From: Rhynchopus sp. YZ270_cl-10
Taxonomy: Eukaryota
DNA: 64,000 nt
Direction of reading: 5' to 3'
Assembly (NCBI GenBank): GCA_964035575.1
Contig: OZ037840.1
Span: 1,426,001-1,490,000 of the forward strand
Shown: positions 23,896 through 37,988 of the stretch, piece after piece
Layout of the letters: each line of letters starts with the position of its first letter
How positions within the stretch are numbered: the stretch's first letter is position 1
The notes under the pieces: generated by a model
What the model was told of the DNA's origin: nothing
Databases searched by the model: none
The model's input: the letters and a program-made list of their open reading frames with translations, nothing else
Made by a program: the position numbers and the translations under genes

Positions 23896-24711
23896 TATGT
23901 AGCATTTCCGAGTGTCACATAAAACCGTCCCGAGCGCAGCGAGGGCGGTTTGAAGTCTTATTTCCCCGAGCGCAGCGAGGGAAATAATACGTGACACGAG
24001 GAAATGCTAGCTTGGCCAGTCAAAAAATCTACTTTGTTTTCGATACCGGAACGTAATTTTTTATGGGGCAAAAAAAGTATCTCCACTCACGAGTAAAGGG
24101 AAGAGGGTAAACATTGTACACACAGCGTCTTCTTACACTACACAAAATGACAGAAGAAACAAAATGCCGAAGACAGAAAAGGATGGATGACCAGTAAACT
24201 GGCAGCCCCACATCCAGTTCTAATATTTGAAGTGTGAAATAGTACGCAGTCAGAATGGACATTTCCATGGCTGTGCACACTCTGGCATATTGGGGAGATT
24301 GAGCACTGCCGAGGTGTACGAAAGTGGTCGCAGAGTTCCCAGAGAGGAACACATCGTGTCGTACCTCAAGTACTGTCGGAAAAAGCGGGAGCACAAGGGG
24401 TCCCGATGTGGGCCACTTACTCGAAGCTAAACAGCTGCTGCTGCTGCTTTTTCACACTTTTCACATTTTCCAAACATCGTTAATAAAACCGACTCACAGC
24501 AACGACAACGCACGTTAGTTCAAAATTATAAAAAAAAAAAATTTTTGATTTTCACTGCAACTTCCACCTGATTTTGCCCCAAAAAAAAAACCGGCTTTTG
24601 GCCCTATCCGGTCTATCCTTGCCCTATCCGGCCATATCCGGGCCTATCCGGACCTATCCGGACCTATCCGCGCCTATCCGCGGGGTCGAAAAATCAGAAA
24701 AAAACTATTTT

Positions 24712-26845
24712 TGTACTGTGTACTGTGTACTGTGTACTGTGTACTGTGTACTGTGTACTGTGTACTGTGTACTGTGTACTGTGTACTGTGTACTGTGTAC
24801 TGTGTACTGTGTACTGTGTACTGTGTACTGTGTACTGTGTACTGTGTACTGTGTACTGTGTACTGTGTACTGTGTACTGTGTACTGTGTACTGTGTACTG
24901 TGTACTGTGTACTGTGTACTGTGTACTGTGTACTGTGTACTGTGTACTGTGTACTGTGTACTGTGTACTGTGTACTGTGTACTGTGTACTGTGTACTGTG
25001 TACTGTGTACTGTGTACTGTGTACTGTGTACTGTGTACTGTGTACTGTGTACTGTGTACTGTGTACTGTGTACTGTGTACTGTGTACTGTGTACTGTGTA
25101 CTGTGTACTGTGTACTGTGTACTGTGTACTGTGTACTGTGTACTGTGTACTGTGTACTGTGTACTGTGTACTGTGTACTGTGTACTGTGTACTGTGTACT
25201 GTGTACTGTGTACTGTGTACTGTGTACTGTGTACTGTGTACTGTGTACTGTGTACTGTGTACTGTGTACTGTGTACTGTGTACTGTGTACTGTGTACTGT
25301 GTACTGTGTACTGTGTACTGTGTACTGTGTACTGTGTACTGTGTACTGTGTACTGTGTACTGTGTACTGTGTACTGTGTACTGTGTACTGTGTACTGTGT
25401 ACTGTGTACTGTGTACTGTGTACTGTGTACTGTGTACTGTGTACTGTGTACTGTGTACTGTGTACTGTGTACTGTGTACTGTGTACTGTGTACTGTGTAC
25501 TGTGTACTGTGTACTGTGTACTGTGTACTGTGTACTGTGTACTGTGTACTGTGTACTGTGTACTGTGTACTGTGTACTGTGTACTGTGTACTGTGTACTG
25601 TGTACTGTGTACTGTGTACTGTGTACTGTGTACTGTGTACTGTGTACTGTGTACTGTGTACTGTGTACTGTGTACTGTGTACTGTGTACTGTGTACTGTG
25701 TACTGTGTACTGTGTACTGTGTACTGTGTACTGTGTACTGTGTACTGTGTACTGTGTACTGTGTACTGTGTACTGTGTACTGTGTACTGTGTACTGTGTA
25801 CTGTGTACTGTGTACTGTGTACTGTGTACTGTGTACTGTGTACTGTGTACTGTGTACTGTGTACTGTGTACTGTGTACTGTGTACTGTGTACTGTGTACT
25901 GTGTACTGTGTACTGTGTACTGTGTACTGTGTACTGTGTACTGTGTACTGTGTACTGTGTACTGTGTACTGTGTACTGTGTACTGTGTACTGTGTACTGT
26001 GTACTGTGTACTGTGTACTGTGTACTGTGTACTGTGTACTGTGTACTGTGTACTGTGTACTGTGTACTGTGTACTGTGTACTGTGTACTGTGTACTGTGT
26101 ACTGTGTACTGTGTACTGTGTACTGTGTACTGTGTACTGTGTACTGTGTACTGTGTACTGTGTACTGTGTACTGTGTACTGTGTACTGTGTACTGTGTAC
26201 TGTGTACTGTGTACTGTGTACTGTGTACTGTGTACTGTGTACTGTGTACTGTGTACTGTGTACTGTGTACTGTGTACTGTGTACTGTGTACTGTGTACTG
26301 TGTACTGTGTACTGTGTACTGTGTACTGTGTACTGTGTACTGTGTACTGTGTACTGTGTACTGTGTACTGTGTACTGTGTACTGTGTACTGTGTACTGTG
26401 TACTGTGTACTGTGTACTGTGTACTGTGTACTGTGTACTGTGTACTGTGTACTGTGTACTGTGTACTGTGTACTGTGTACTGTGTACTGTGTACTGTGTA
26501 CTGTGTACTGTGTACTGTGTACTGTGTACTGTGTACTGTGTACTGTGTACTGTGTACTGTGTACTGTGTACTGTGTACTGTGTACTGTGTACTGTGTACT
26601 GTGTACTGTGTACTGTGTACTGTGTACTGTGTACTGTGTACTGTGTACTGTGTACTGTGTACTGTGTACTGTGTACTGTGTACTGTGTACTGTGTACTGT
26701 GTACTGTGTACTGTGTACTGTGTACTGTGTACTGTGTACTGTGTACTGTGTACTGTGTACTGTGTACTGTGTACTGTGTACTGTGTACTGTGTACTGTGT
26801 ACTGTGTACTGTGTACTGTGTACTGTGTACTGTGTACTGTGTACT
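24712..26845. repeat. (TGTGTAC)n microsatellite, ~305 units
   Basis: Uninterrupted 2.1-kb 7-mer array, bracketed by CCTATCCGG clusters at 24600-24680 and 27765-27825. Confidence 0.98.
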
Positions 26846-26959
26846 CCTTGTAGGGTTTTGTTGCCTTTTGGCACATGAATTTTGCGCCCAGTGTTGTGTT
26901 CACTGCTCTGAAGGTGCTGGCTCTCATCTACCGATGCATGGGGTAAGTGACACAGCGTC

Positions 26960-27420
26960 TGACCCGCCATCTGTAATCTTCTGGTTTCAACACTGCCTTT
27001 CAGTTCTGCCTGCTGCATTCGCAGCGTCCCGAGCGTCTCACAACCTCTTATTACTCTTTGCCTGAGAAGGATGTGTTTGGACTCACTCAAACACCGTTCA
27101 TCACTCTTGTGCCAAAGAAAACATCGGACAAACAGTACAAGTTCACGGGAGCAAAGGGGTGGACCCCTCCCTCTGCGCGTATCGCACTAACGTAGCGAAG
27201 AAGATCCAGAGGTGTGCAGAACGTGATGCGGTCTATTTTCCGACAAAAAAAGACGAAGGATAGTGCGCGTGACCAGTCGTTCAATGGTGTGCTAATTTCG
27301 TCGCAAGATTTTGCACTGGAAGTTGAAGAACACTGCAAATGGTTCAACACAGATGAGGTTCGTCTCACAGTATTGATGTGCTCCACAACGGCAAGCCCTA
27401 TCAAATATGAGAAGAGTGCT
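26960..27420 (-). repeat. Dispersed repeat, inverted homolog of ~12450-12862
   Basis: Shared blocks such as GGGGTCCACCCCTTTGCTCCCGTGAACTTGTACTGTTTG. Both copies lie next to a TGTGTAC array. Confidence 0.85.
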
Positions 27421-27578
27421 GAATGACTCTGGGGGCATGCGGATGACAAAAGATCATCTGCGGGGTGGAACAGTAGCCCGAAACTTCCACAGCCCAATCC
27501 GACTTCCTCTTCCAACCCTTTGTCTTGGAGTTTGAGGCGAAGATTACTGCCGAGAATGAAACAGATCTCTAACGTAGC

Positions 27579-27728
27579 TACCCAGTACCCAGTACCCAGT
27601 ACCCAGTACCCAGTACCCAGTACCCAGTACCCAGTACCCAGTACCCAGTACCCAGTACCCAGTACCCAGTACCCAGTACCCAGTACCCAGTACCCAGTAC
27701 CCAGTACCCAGTACACAGTACACAGTAC
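27579..27728. repeat. (CCCAGTA)n microsatellite switching to CACAGTA at its end
   Basis: About 19 CCCAGTA units followed by 2 CACAGTA units. Confidence 0.97.
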
Positions 27729-28888
27729 GTATGGGAAAAATACGTGGGGTTTGGCCTGTACGGTCCTATCCGGCCATATCCGGCCCTATCCGGACCTATC
27801 CGGACCTATCCGGGCCTATCCGCGGGGTAAAAATCAGGTGGGCAACGCATTTTGGCTGGTGTGATAATAATCAACCTTTTTTTGACTGTGTTCAAACTTT
27901 TTTTGACGCATTTCCGAAAACACGTGTGAATTGCACGCAACACTTTTTTTTACGCGTCAAAAAATCCCTATTTTTTTTTTTACTTTTTTTACCCTCTTCC
28001 CTTTACGAGTGAGTGGAGTTACTTTTTTTGCCCCATAAAAAACGTTTTTTTAAAATCATTTTATTGTGACTTGCTTCAAAAAGACAGGGTCAAGATACGA
28101 AATTAACTGTGGCTTCTTTTTTTTTCTTCAAGGTGACTGAAGCACGATTGATGAATAACCAATGTTCAATACATTAAGTAATCACATCAGACTAATCACG
28201 AGAGGCTTAGGGTCATCTTATTAGCCATAATATGATGATATTTTATTTTAACGCAGGATAGAGACATCCCCCCTCCCCCCCACGCGAGCACTCTCTTGTC
28301 TTTATATGACTGTAGTTCGAAAAGGAATGAAAATTGGTCAATACATTGGGGCTGAAATAAAATTTGGCACTTCCTTCGAGGGGTGAAAAAATGATATTAT
28401 TTTGGACCTTATTTCCACGAATTTTTTTTTTCGTCTTCGAATTATGGTTTCTTTTGTTCTCAAACGTCCTATGCTATCAATTTATTGCATGCATAGGAAA
28501 TACCTTTGTTGTATTCTGGGGAAAAAAAAAAAAAAAAAATTTTCCCTTGTGAGCCCCGCCCCCTCTCCCCTCAGGCTCTCCCCCTGCGTTTGTTTACTGC
28601 TTTCTTCACAAGGTCTGGATGTTTTGGTAAAAGTGGCGCGTCTCTGTCAAACCCCTCCCCACTAAAAAAACTAAAAAACCTGTCTTTGGTGTGGCTGAAG
28701 GGGGGGGGGTGATTCGCACTTTTTTTTTCCACCCTCCAACCAAAAAAATTTTGAGGGATGATTCGCACTTCGCGCGCCCCCATTCAGCCACAACACCAGT
28801 CTTTGTTATTTTTTTTTTTTTTTTATTTTATTATCAGTCTAAATGGGAGCCAATTACCCCCCCCCCCTAGCCAATTACCCCCCCCCCC

Positions 28889-30076
28889 TAGGTGGGGGCA
28901 AAACCCCTATTTTTTTGAGGCATTTCGATTTTTTTGGATTTACGTGCAAAGTACCCGCAAACCACCGAAAATTTCGGGTCAGAGATGGTTTTGGGGTGTG
29001 GTTTGGGGGTGTTCTATAGGTGAGACACCCCAGAGATCCAAAAAAATGGAAAAAAATAGCAAAAATAGACCATTTTGGCCGTTTGGGCCATTTTGGTCAA
29101 AATGGCCATTTTTGACCAATATTTCAAAAAAAAAAGCAAAAATTTGTCATCATTAGGCCTGTCTGGGCACAAATATGCCCCAAAAATGTCCCGCGAGTCC
29201 ATTCCGACCTGTTTTGAACACATTTATCGCCTTTTTTGGTGTTTTTTTGGTGTTTTGAGGTCAAAAAAGATCCCCTGACTATCCCCTGGCAGCCCTGGGC
29301 CGCGACTTGCGCCCTGCTTTTGGACCCCCTCTGGGCCAAAAAATGGGTGAAAACCCTCGAAAAAGCACTCCGGGGACCCAGATAGTTCCATATATCCACC
29401 AGAAACCCACCCAAACACCTCAAAAACATGCCAGAAAAATATTTTCAAAAACACACTTTTTTCAAAAAGTTCATCTGGGCAGGTTCCATAATGACTTATT
29501 TGAAAAAGTGTGTTTTTGAAAATGTTTTTCTGACATGTTTTTGAGGTGTTTTTGAGGGTGTGCGGTGGAAATTTGGAACTATCTGGGCTCCCAGAGTGCT
29601 TTTTCGGAGGTTTTCGCCCATTTTTTGGCCCAGAGTGGGTCTAAAAGCAGGGCGCAAGTCGCGGCCCAGGGCTGCCAGGGGATAGTCAGGGGATCTTTTT
29701 TGACCTCAAAACACCAAAAAAACACCAAAACAAGTGCCTAAAGTGTCCAAAACAGGTCGGAATGGACTCACAGGACATTTTTGGGGTAGTTTCGTGCCCA
29801 AGCAGCTGTCATGATGTCGAAATTTTGCTGTTTTTTTGATTTTTTTCTCAAAAAATGGCCATTTTACCCAACATGGCCAAAACCGTCAAAAGCCACTTTT
29901 TCACTATTTTTTTTGCATTTTTTCATATTCTGAGGTGCCCTAATCATGGATTTTCGGGTCTCAGGGTGTTTCTGACCCATTTCTGGGGGGTATGAGGGGT
30001 GTTGACAGGTTTTTTGCTCACAAAACCACTTTTTCCAAAAATGCCTCACCCGTCCTGAAGGTTTTGCCCCCCCCTA
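28889..30076. mobile_element. Non-autonomous hAT-like element in a poly-C tract
   Basis: Ends TAGGTGGGGGCAAAAC and GTTTTGCCCCCCCCTA, with poly-C on both flanks. The interior is a long imperfect palindrome centred near 29480. Confidence 0.7.
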
Positions 30077-30163
30077 CCCCCCCCCCCCCCCCCCTTATAT
30101 TACCCCCTTTTTCCAAAATCCGAAAATACGAGATTTTTCAGTGTCTATTACCCCCCCCCCCTT

Positions 30164-32867
30164 TAGGTGGTCCCACGTAGAAGGAAACCCTTAAGGATTT
30201 GCTGTGGACACACATGTGACCCCACCGTGGAGAGCAATCGGCTCGTGCAATCAAAAGAAAGCAGAGAAAAGGGGAAAGAAAAAGAAAAAAGTTGCGTACC
30301 ATGCGCCTGCGGCGCTATCTGTTCCCTACCCCCCGTGATGTACTTATGTATATTCCACCTGATTTTGCCGGTGTTTTCCGGTGTTAGCCGGTGAAGTCAC
30401 GGCATTGGGTACTGGGTACACTCACTTCGTCATTGTACTAGCCCAGGGAGGGTTCCCGGCTACCGGCAAGGTCTCTTCCAATCTGTACCCCAGTTTCCTA
30501 GGGGGCTTCACTGGCTCGGGCTCCAGTAGTTCCCTCCGCACATGTAATGTGCCTGCCTTCGGCACCCAGGGTAGCATTCCCAGCACCTTTTACCCTCAGG
30601 TCAGACCTTCATAGAGTTCCAGGAGGAGTGCCACAGAAGGGTCCCCGGATGCGATTTAACGTCCAGCCCAGGACGAGAGGGGCTGAGCAGGGATTTTTTT
30701 AAATTTAGGTGAAAAAATCCACTAAGGTGGGCGTGCCTGGCCGCAAATCGCCTTGGGGATCACCAAAATATCCCATTGGTACCGGGTACCGTGGGTACCC
30801 AGGTATACGCAAACCCGCAAATACGGTACACACGTACACACGTACACACGTACACACGTACACACGTACACACGTACACACGTACACACGTACACACGTA
30901 CACACGTACACACGTACACACGTACACACGTACACACGTACACACGTACACACGTACACACGTACACACGTACACACGTACACACGTACACACGTACACA
31001 CGTACACACGTACACACGTACACACGTACACACGTACACACGTACACACGTACACACGTACACACGTACACACGTACACACGTACACACGTACACACGTA
31101 CACACGTACACACGTACACACGTACACACGTACACACGTACACACGTACACAGGTAGGTGTCTATTACCCCCCCCCCCCCCCCTTGGGTGTCTATTACCC
31201 CCCCCCCCCCCCCCTTATATTACCCCCAAAACCCGAATATGACCCTCAAGGGGGGGGGGTAGGGGGGGCCGTCCGGCCGTTTTTGCTGTCCAAAACCACT
31301 TTTTTCGTAAAAACCCGCGAAAAACCCGAAAAAACACCCAAAAATCCCCCCAAACCCCCAAAAAATCACCCAAAACCACGAAAAACACACTTTTGAGCAC
31401 TATTTCGTACTTTTTCCTGATTTTTTGGTGTTTTTTCCCGCTTTTTCCGCCTTTTTCCATGGAATTATACCCCCTAATATGCCAAGAGAATCCCTGTACT
31501 GCTCACTGAGACAGCATAGCGACCAGAGGCTCCTTATTCATCGTACCGGTGTCTTCGTCGTCAAGGGGTGTACAATCTTCCGCAAATTCCTGCATCTCTG
31601 TCTTTGTGAAGAGATGAAGCACTCTAGTGTTGTACTTTTCAAGTTGCTACTTCTGGGTGCTTTGCATGGAACTGCCTTTGTGGTGCGCTTGGTGTATCCT
31701 GCGGCAAGTTCTTCCCTTGAGAGAGACGGAACCCAACCTAGACTGTAGAGGATGTCTAGGTTTCAACCTCAGTGCGGCGGTGTTGTCGGGGTGCTGGCTC
31801 CTTCCGTGGTGGCTTGCAACTTGGTCAAGGACGCCGACAACGGATTCACACGAATCATTGGTTATGGGAGGAGGCAAGCAAGGCTTTACTGCACTTAGGC
31901 ACAGGATACGTTGTCATTTTCAGGGACCAAAAAAGTCCTAGCAAGTGTTGCAAGTACGATTTTACACAGCTCAGGAGGTCTGTCGGGCAGTTCGGAGGGA
32001 TTTAGACACTTCTGCGACTGCCTGAACACGCCTTTTGGGTTTTTGGGTTTTGGGTGCGAAAAACGTCAAAAAAGGGGAGGAAATACCGTTATTTTAAGCG
32101 TTGCAGACGCAAAAAAAACACCCTCAAAAACCCCCTAGGGACCCCAAAAAGCTGCAAAATCCACACATTTCCACCTCGGGACCTCATTGGAGGTGGACTG
32201 AGGTTTTTTTTTGGTACATAAATGGTCTTCTGCTAGGCGTTGCATAGCCGTTGCGAAAGTGTTGCAAAAGTGTTGCATGGCCTATAAAACCCTCCCAAGT
32301 GCCCAAAATGCTATTTTTCACCCTACATGAGGTCTGGGGGACATTTTCCTGGGTGTTTGGACACCATTCCGACTGCCTTAGCACTTTTTTGGGGGTTTTC
32401 AGGTACAAAAAAAGTCAAAAAAATGACTAAAAAAAGGGTACTTTTAAGCGTTTGGGGCACACACACCCACTGCAAAATGCATCTGGGGCCCCCACAGGAC
32501 CCCTAAAAGCTGTAAAAACCATATATTTCCACCCTGGGACCCCACCGGATGTGGACCGAGGTGTTTTTCGGGTGTTTAGAAGGAATTTTGTCTGACTGGA
32601 AAATTTTTTTGGTAAGTGTTGCATTTTGGCCATCTTGGTGACGATCTGGTGACGCCATTTTTGGAGATTTTTCACAAAAAACCGATTTTTTTTAACCAGG
32701 AAAGTCTCTGTAGAGGTTGTCAGGTGGTTTAATGGGATATTTGGGTGATCCCCAGGGCGATTTGCGGCCAGGCACGCCCACCTTAGTGGATTTCTTCACC
32801 TAAATTTCAAAAAAATGGGTTTTGGACAGCAAATCCTTAAGGAATTCCTTATACGTGGCCCCCCCTA
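30164..32867. mobile_element. Non-autonomous TIR element with a possible transposase remnant
   Basis: TIR TAGG..G..CCACGTA.AAGGAA..CCTTAAGGATTTGCTGT. Minus-strand PITNDSCESVVGVL resembles a catalytic-Glu motif (weak). Homologous to 62490-64000. Confidence 0.7.
30826..31152. repeat. (GTACACAC)n microsatellite, ~41 units
   Basis: Perfect 8-bp array preceded by GGTAC motifs. Confidence 0.98.
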
Positions 32868-33989
32868 AGGGGGGGGGGGGGGTAATTGGCTCCCATTTAG
32901 ACTGATTATAAAGATATGTGCACGCGTGAGCCTAAAAGCTATTTACTATTTAGGTTTTCAGAATAAAAAAAGAATTTACCTGTTTTTATAAAGGGGGAAG
33001 GTAAAATAAATTTACCTGTTTTTATATACGGGAAAAATAGGGGGAGGGAAAAAAATACCTTCTTTTTTATGAGGAGAATTTCAATTTTTGAGTGGCTCTG
33101 TGGTGTAAAAGCTGCATTTTTACACTGTACCCTAATTTTTTTTTCGCCTGCGGCGCCATCAATGTTATTTTTTTGCTCCGCAAAAAAATAGAGTTCCGAA
33201 TATCTTCGCCTGCATTTTGCAGCCGAAAAATACAACTTTGACCAAAGCTGCAAAAAGGTCGGCGCACGTAGCGCGTCCGGGTTTGGAACTTTTTGCATTT
33301 CGAGGGGTCAGTGGCCCAGAATCATAGTTACATTTTACCCTGTGAAGCAACTCACTGGTGGGAATGGCCAAAAATTGTATCAACCATGAACTTGTCCATT
33401 TTTTTTCGAAATAGCCCGCTACAGCGAGGTTGAAAGCTCGGAAAACCCTCTACAACCCGTCGGTAGCTATACAACCCCTACCCCGCCAGAGGACAAATCC
33501 CCACAAAAACATAATGCCAAAAGTTACTGCAAACTAGATACTTGGCACTTCCCAAAAATTTAAGTGATGAAAATTTTGGCCATTTTTTTAAAGTGACCCC
33601 AACACAGGCTGGGATTGGCCCAAAAATGCAAGAAACAGCGCTATTGGGTGGTGCCCTGCCTCGAAAATGTGAAAAATGGGAAAACCACAAGGTAATAAAA
33701 ACAGGTAAATTTGTCTATTTAGGATAAGGAAATTCTGGAAAACAGGTACTATTTAGCCGCATGCGTGGATATGTGTGCATGAGATGCACATCCATCTTGC
33801 AAATTTTTTTTATAAGGTGACTAAGCACGAAGCATTAAGTAATCTAATCAGACTAAGCACGCAGTACGCAGCACGCAGTACGCACTAAGTACAAGAGGCT
33901 TAGGATCATCTTATAAACCTCTCTCTTTTTTCTTGAATAATTGACAAATGTGTGGACACCTCGCTTTCCCCCCCCCCCCCCCCCCCCCC

Positions 33990-36716
33990 TAGGCATAGAT
34001 GTCATGCGAAGAGATTCTTCGGATTCTTCGTATTTTCTTCGTATTCCTCTTCGCATATTCTTCGCATTCGGAAAATGCGAAGAATATGCGAAGAAAATGC
34101 GAAGAATTTTTTTACACCAATACTTTGCCCACAAAGGGATCGAAAGTGCTAAGGTGCAGATGATCGCACTGGGAAATAAGTTGCATTTTTCTTTTATTCA
34201 CGCCGTTTCCTTTAAATTTTCAACGAGTATGCAATACGTTTGGAAAATAATTTACTATATTCGTTTGTCTGTTTTGCTCTTTTTTGTGCTCCTCCATAAC
34301 AGCTCTTCCTCTTTTTTCTGTGATATTTTGCCCCACCTTACTGTATAAAAAAGAAAACAACAGACATGGCTTCATAAATATATTGAATATCGTCAATATA
34401 TTGATTTGGTGATGAATATTATTGATTGAATATTGAAAGTATCAATAATATTGACTGAAAACTGTCAATATTTCAATAGTATTGAAATATTGATCATATT
34501 ATTGAATATTGACGTTGCAGTGCCTGATTTTTCCTTGACGGGAGGCCATGGCTGAGAATAAGACTTGGGGACCCGGGACCCGGTTATTCTCAGTGGGACT
34601 GGGCACAATATGTCGAAAACGCTGTGAAAACGCCTGAAAGCGGGTCAGGGACCCGGGCGCGGGAGGCTGGGGCATGGATGGAGGGGTATTCCCAGTCCCT
34701 AGGACTGGGACTGTACCCAGTGACCAGTACCCGTCCTAGTTCTAGTCCTGGGACAGTACCCGGGACCCGGCTTATTCTCAGCTCCCTTCCAGCCACAGAG
34801 TGGAGAGGCAAAGGGTCAAACTTTTCTGTTGAAGCCATGTGCGCAACATTTCAAAGATTGTGCCATAAATCGCACATTATCACAGCCAAACTATATCATG
34901 GATAGGGTAGAGCTGTGGGCTACCGCTCGTAATTCCTAAACACTTGTGTTTAGGTTTTTAAGGTTGCTGCCCTCCCAGTACCCTCCTGGTGCACCCACCC
35001 GAAAATGCACCAAAGTGTAAGATTTTTTCGGCGTTGGAAAGATTGGGCCTCAAAAATGCGAATCACCAAATCAGATCTGTGAGAGATTTGTTTTTAATTC
35101 CTATTTTCGTGTCGCGAGTTTACGTGGGAAATGCTTTAGAAACGTGCGTTCCTTAAGTACCCTGTGGGCAAAACAGGCGTTTTTCACCAAAAACCGGGAT
35201 TTTCGCCTTTTTGGGTGGCTTTTTGGGCCCATACCCGGCTATATGGACTGGGAAACGCGATTCTGGGGTGCTAGAACCAGGTCTAGGCCGCACAGGGGTA
35301 CTTCTGTGGGCAAAAACAACCCACAAAACCATGCACTGCGTTGTGTTCTGTGACCATTCAAGTGTTTTAGCTAGTGCACGAGGCGTTGCTATCGATTTGG
35401 TTTCGTTCTCGCTCATCAACCACACGAGCTAGCAAAAAATATTTAGGATTCGCAAAACCAAATTTTGTCCGCGCCGCAGGCGCACGGTGCGCTACTTTTT
35501 TATGGGAGTTGCGAACATACATTTGAAAAATCCATCCATCCACATATGAGAGGATCAGTGAGTAAATAGTTCCGCTTATGGGCCCAGGAGGCTTCCCCTG
35601 GTCAGGGGTGGGGTTTGCTGCTTGGAGAGGAGGTTGTTCTGGGTACAGAACGAGAAAAAAGAGTAGTTGAAACGTGCTAAAACGCAGTCGAGCTCATGCA
35701 AAGGGTAGGAGGTGGGTGTTCCGTACCGTAAGAGAACGGAGGCGGTTCACAACCGCTCGACGAATCACGCGACCTCTTTATACCCCAGCCTTTTTAACAG
35801 CCAAAAAAACTCTATGATTTTGCACGTGTTACCGTGGGACTCTAAGGGCAATCATGGCTCAGTTCGTAAACGTGCACGTGCCATTCAATGCCAAAATATT
35901 TATATCTCGTGTGTATTGTGTTTTTCTCGTCAGCGTTTTAAAAACAAAAATAGTAAGGTGGGACATAAATCACAGAAAAAAAGAGGAAGAGGTGTGCACG
36001 GAATATGCACTTCGCATTCTTCGCATATTCTTCGCATATTCTTCGCATATTCTTCGCATGTTGGAAAATGCGAAGAATATGCGAAGAATGCAAAAAAATT
36101 GTGCTTCAGTTTCGGCAGCATCCATGTTGAAGTTGAAGGGCTTTAAAAAATATTTTTTTTGGGGTGCTTCTACTCACTCTGAGTGGGTGTGTGATGGATA
36201 TTCGGGACTATGTGGGGTCCGGGAGGGGTATTTTGGGGGTTTCAGGCAAAAAAACGAAAAAAATATGACCGTAACAGGGGGTGTGCAAAGTGTCTTGGGG
36301 ATGTCTTGGGGACGTCTTGGGCATTTTTTTGACCTAAAAACACCAAAAAAACACTTCCAAAAGTGTCAAATATATCCAAAACAGGTTGGAATGGACTCAC
36401 AGGCCACTTTTGGGGTATATTTGTGCCAAAGGAGGCTTTGTGATGTCAAAAAATATCCCGGTTTTTGATTTTTTTCTCGAAAAATCGCTATTTTGCCCAA
36501 AGTGGCCAAAACGTGAAAAAAGCCGTTTTTTCACTATTTTTTTCCATTTTTTTGTATTCTGGGGTGGCTTCTGGGTCGTTTTTCGACCCACAGGCCCCCT
36601 GTGACCCACTCTGAGGGTGTTTTTCACCCGCAGTTGCCTTGGAGATGGCCAGATAATGCCAAATGAATTTTCCGTGCGTTTGGTCCCAGCCAAAATGGCT
36701 GGAGTCGTATCCCCTA
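33990..36716 (+). mobile_element. Non-autonomous relative of the hAT element at 51844-55076
   Basis: 36100-36716 is a near-identical inverted copy of 51844-52452. Starts TAGGCATA, ends TCCCCTA, poly-C on both flanks, TTCGCATATTC subterminal repeats. Confidence 0.7.
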
Positions 36717-36917
36717 CCCCCCCCCCCCCCGGCAGTGCGAAAGTACAATACTCGGGCTACTTTGTGTGAGCTCCACGCAGCCGTTACAAGTGCCTGCGTG
36801 CGTTCGCGCAATGCAAAGGCGAGGCGTTTTGCATTTTCAACAAACAAAAAAAAGCAAGGGTACTTCTTTAGCACCCTCTGTACCTTCTTTTCATTAGAAA
36901 AAAGAATGTATATGAAA

Positions 36918-37988
36918 TGGGGTGATCTGGGGTCTTTTTTTTCAAGATTATTCACTAGCCATTCACAAATATTCACAAAAATTCACAAATATTCACAAAA
37001 ATTCACAAATATTCACAAAAACCTACACACCCGCGTATCACGTGTTTTTCCGCCTCGTTGTGAATTTTCGTGAATTTTTGTGCTTTTTTGTGATTTTTTG
37101 TGATTTTTTTTTGGTTTTTGGTGTGGTGCATAACCGATTACCCGTGTTCCTACCAGTTTAAACGACGGCATTTGCATTTCCGAAATCCGCCCGGCCAGTG
37201 GTGGGGTCAATTTGCCGAAATGGACAAGTTCTCGTTTTTGGTCAATTTCACAGTATACACAGTATACACAGTATACACAGTATACACAGTATACACAGTA
37301 TACACAGTATACTGTGTATACTGTACAGTACAGCACAGTACAGTACAGTACAGTACAGTACAGTACAGTACAGTACAGTACAGTACAGTACAGTACAGTA
37401 CAGTACAGTACAGTACAGTACAGTACAGTACAGTACAGTACAGTACAGTACAGTACAGTACAGTACAGTACAGTACAGTACAGTACAGTACAGTACAGTA
37501 CAGTACAGTACAGTACAGTACAGTACAGTACAGTACAGTACAGTACAGTACAGTACAGTACAGTACAGTACAGTACAGTACAGTACAGTACAGTACAGTA
37601 CAGTACAGTACAGTACAGTACAGTACAGTACAGTACAGTACAGTACAGTACAGTACAGTACAGTACAGTACAGTACAGTACAGTACAGTACAGTACAGTA
37701 CAGTACAGTACAGTACAGTACAGTACAGTACAGTACAGTACAGTACAGTACTGCAAACCCAAAAAAAATCACAAAACCTGCACTAGCGATTCACATAAAT
37801 TCACAAAAGTTCACAAAAATTCACATAAATTCACAACACCTGCACAAAACCTTCACATAAATTCACAAAAATTCACAAAAATTCACAAAAGATCCCACAC
37901 ATGGTGTATCACGTGTGTTTTCGCCTCGTTGTGAATTTTTGTGAATGGCTGGTGAATAATCTTGAAAAAAAGTCCCCAGATCACCCCA
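36918..37988. mobile_element. MITE carrying (CACAGTATA)n/(CAGTA)n arrays
   Basis: TIR TGGGGTGATCTGGGG.CTTTTTTTCAAGATTATTCAC, ATTCACAAA subterminal repeats, TGAAA on both flanks (boundary ambiguous by 1-2 bp). Confidence 0.85.
37249..37751. repeat. (CACAGTATA)~7 followed by (CAGTA)~85
   Basis: Directly visible arrays. Confidence 0.97.

Larger units (their letters stand above)
28835..32904. mobile_element. Non-autonomous TIR element containing nested insertions
   Basis: TIR CAGTCTAAATGGGAGCCAATTACCCCCC at both ends. ATTAT directly flanks both sides. Internal (T/A)ATTAC(C)n repeats. Confidence 0.8.

Noticed and set aside
24574..27090. Long ORFs of VYCVLCT / HSTQYTV repeats (also at 12.8, 30.7, 37.1, 40.2, 48.7, 55.8 and 61.7 kb)
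   Set aside because: Stop-free translations of microsatellites in all frames, with no coding evidence.
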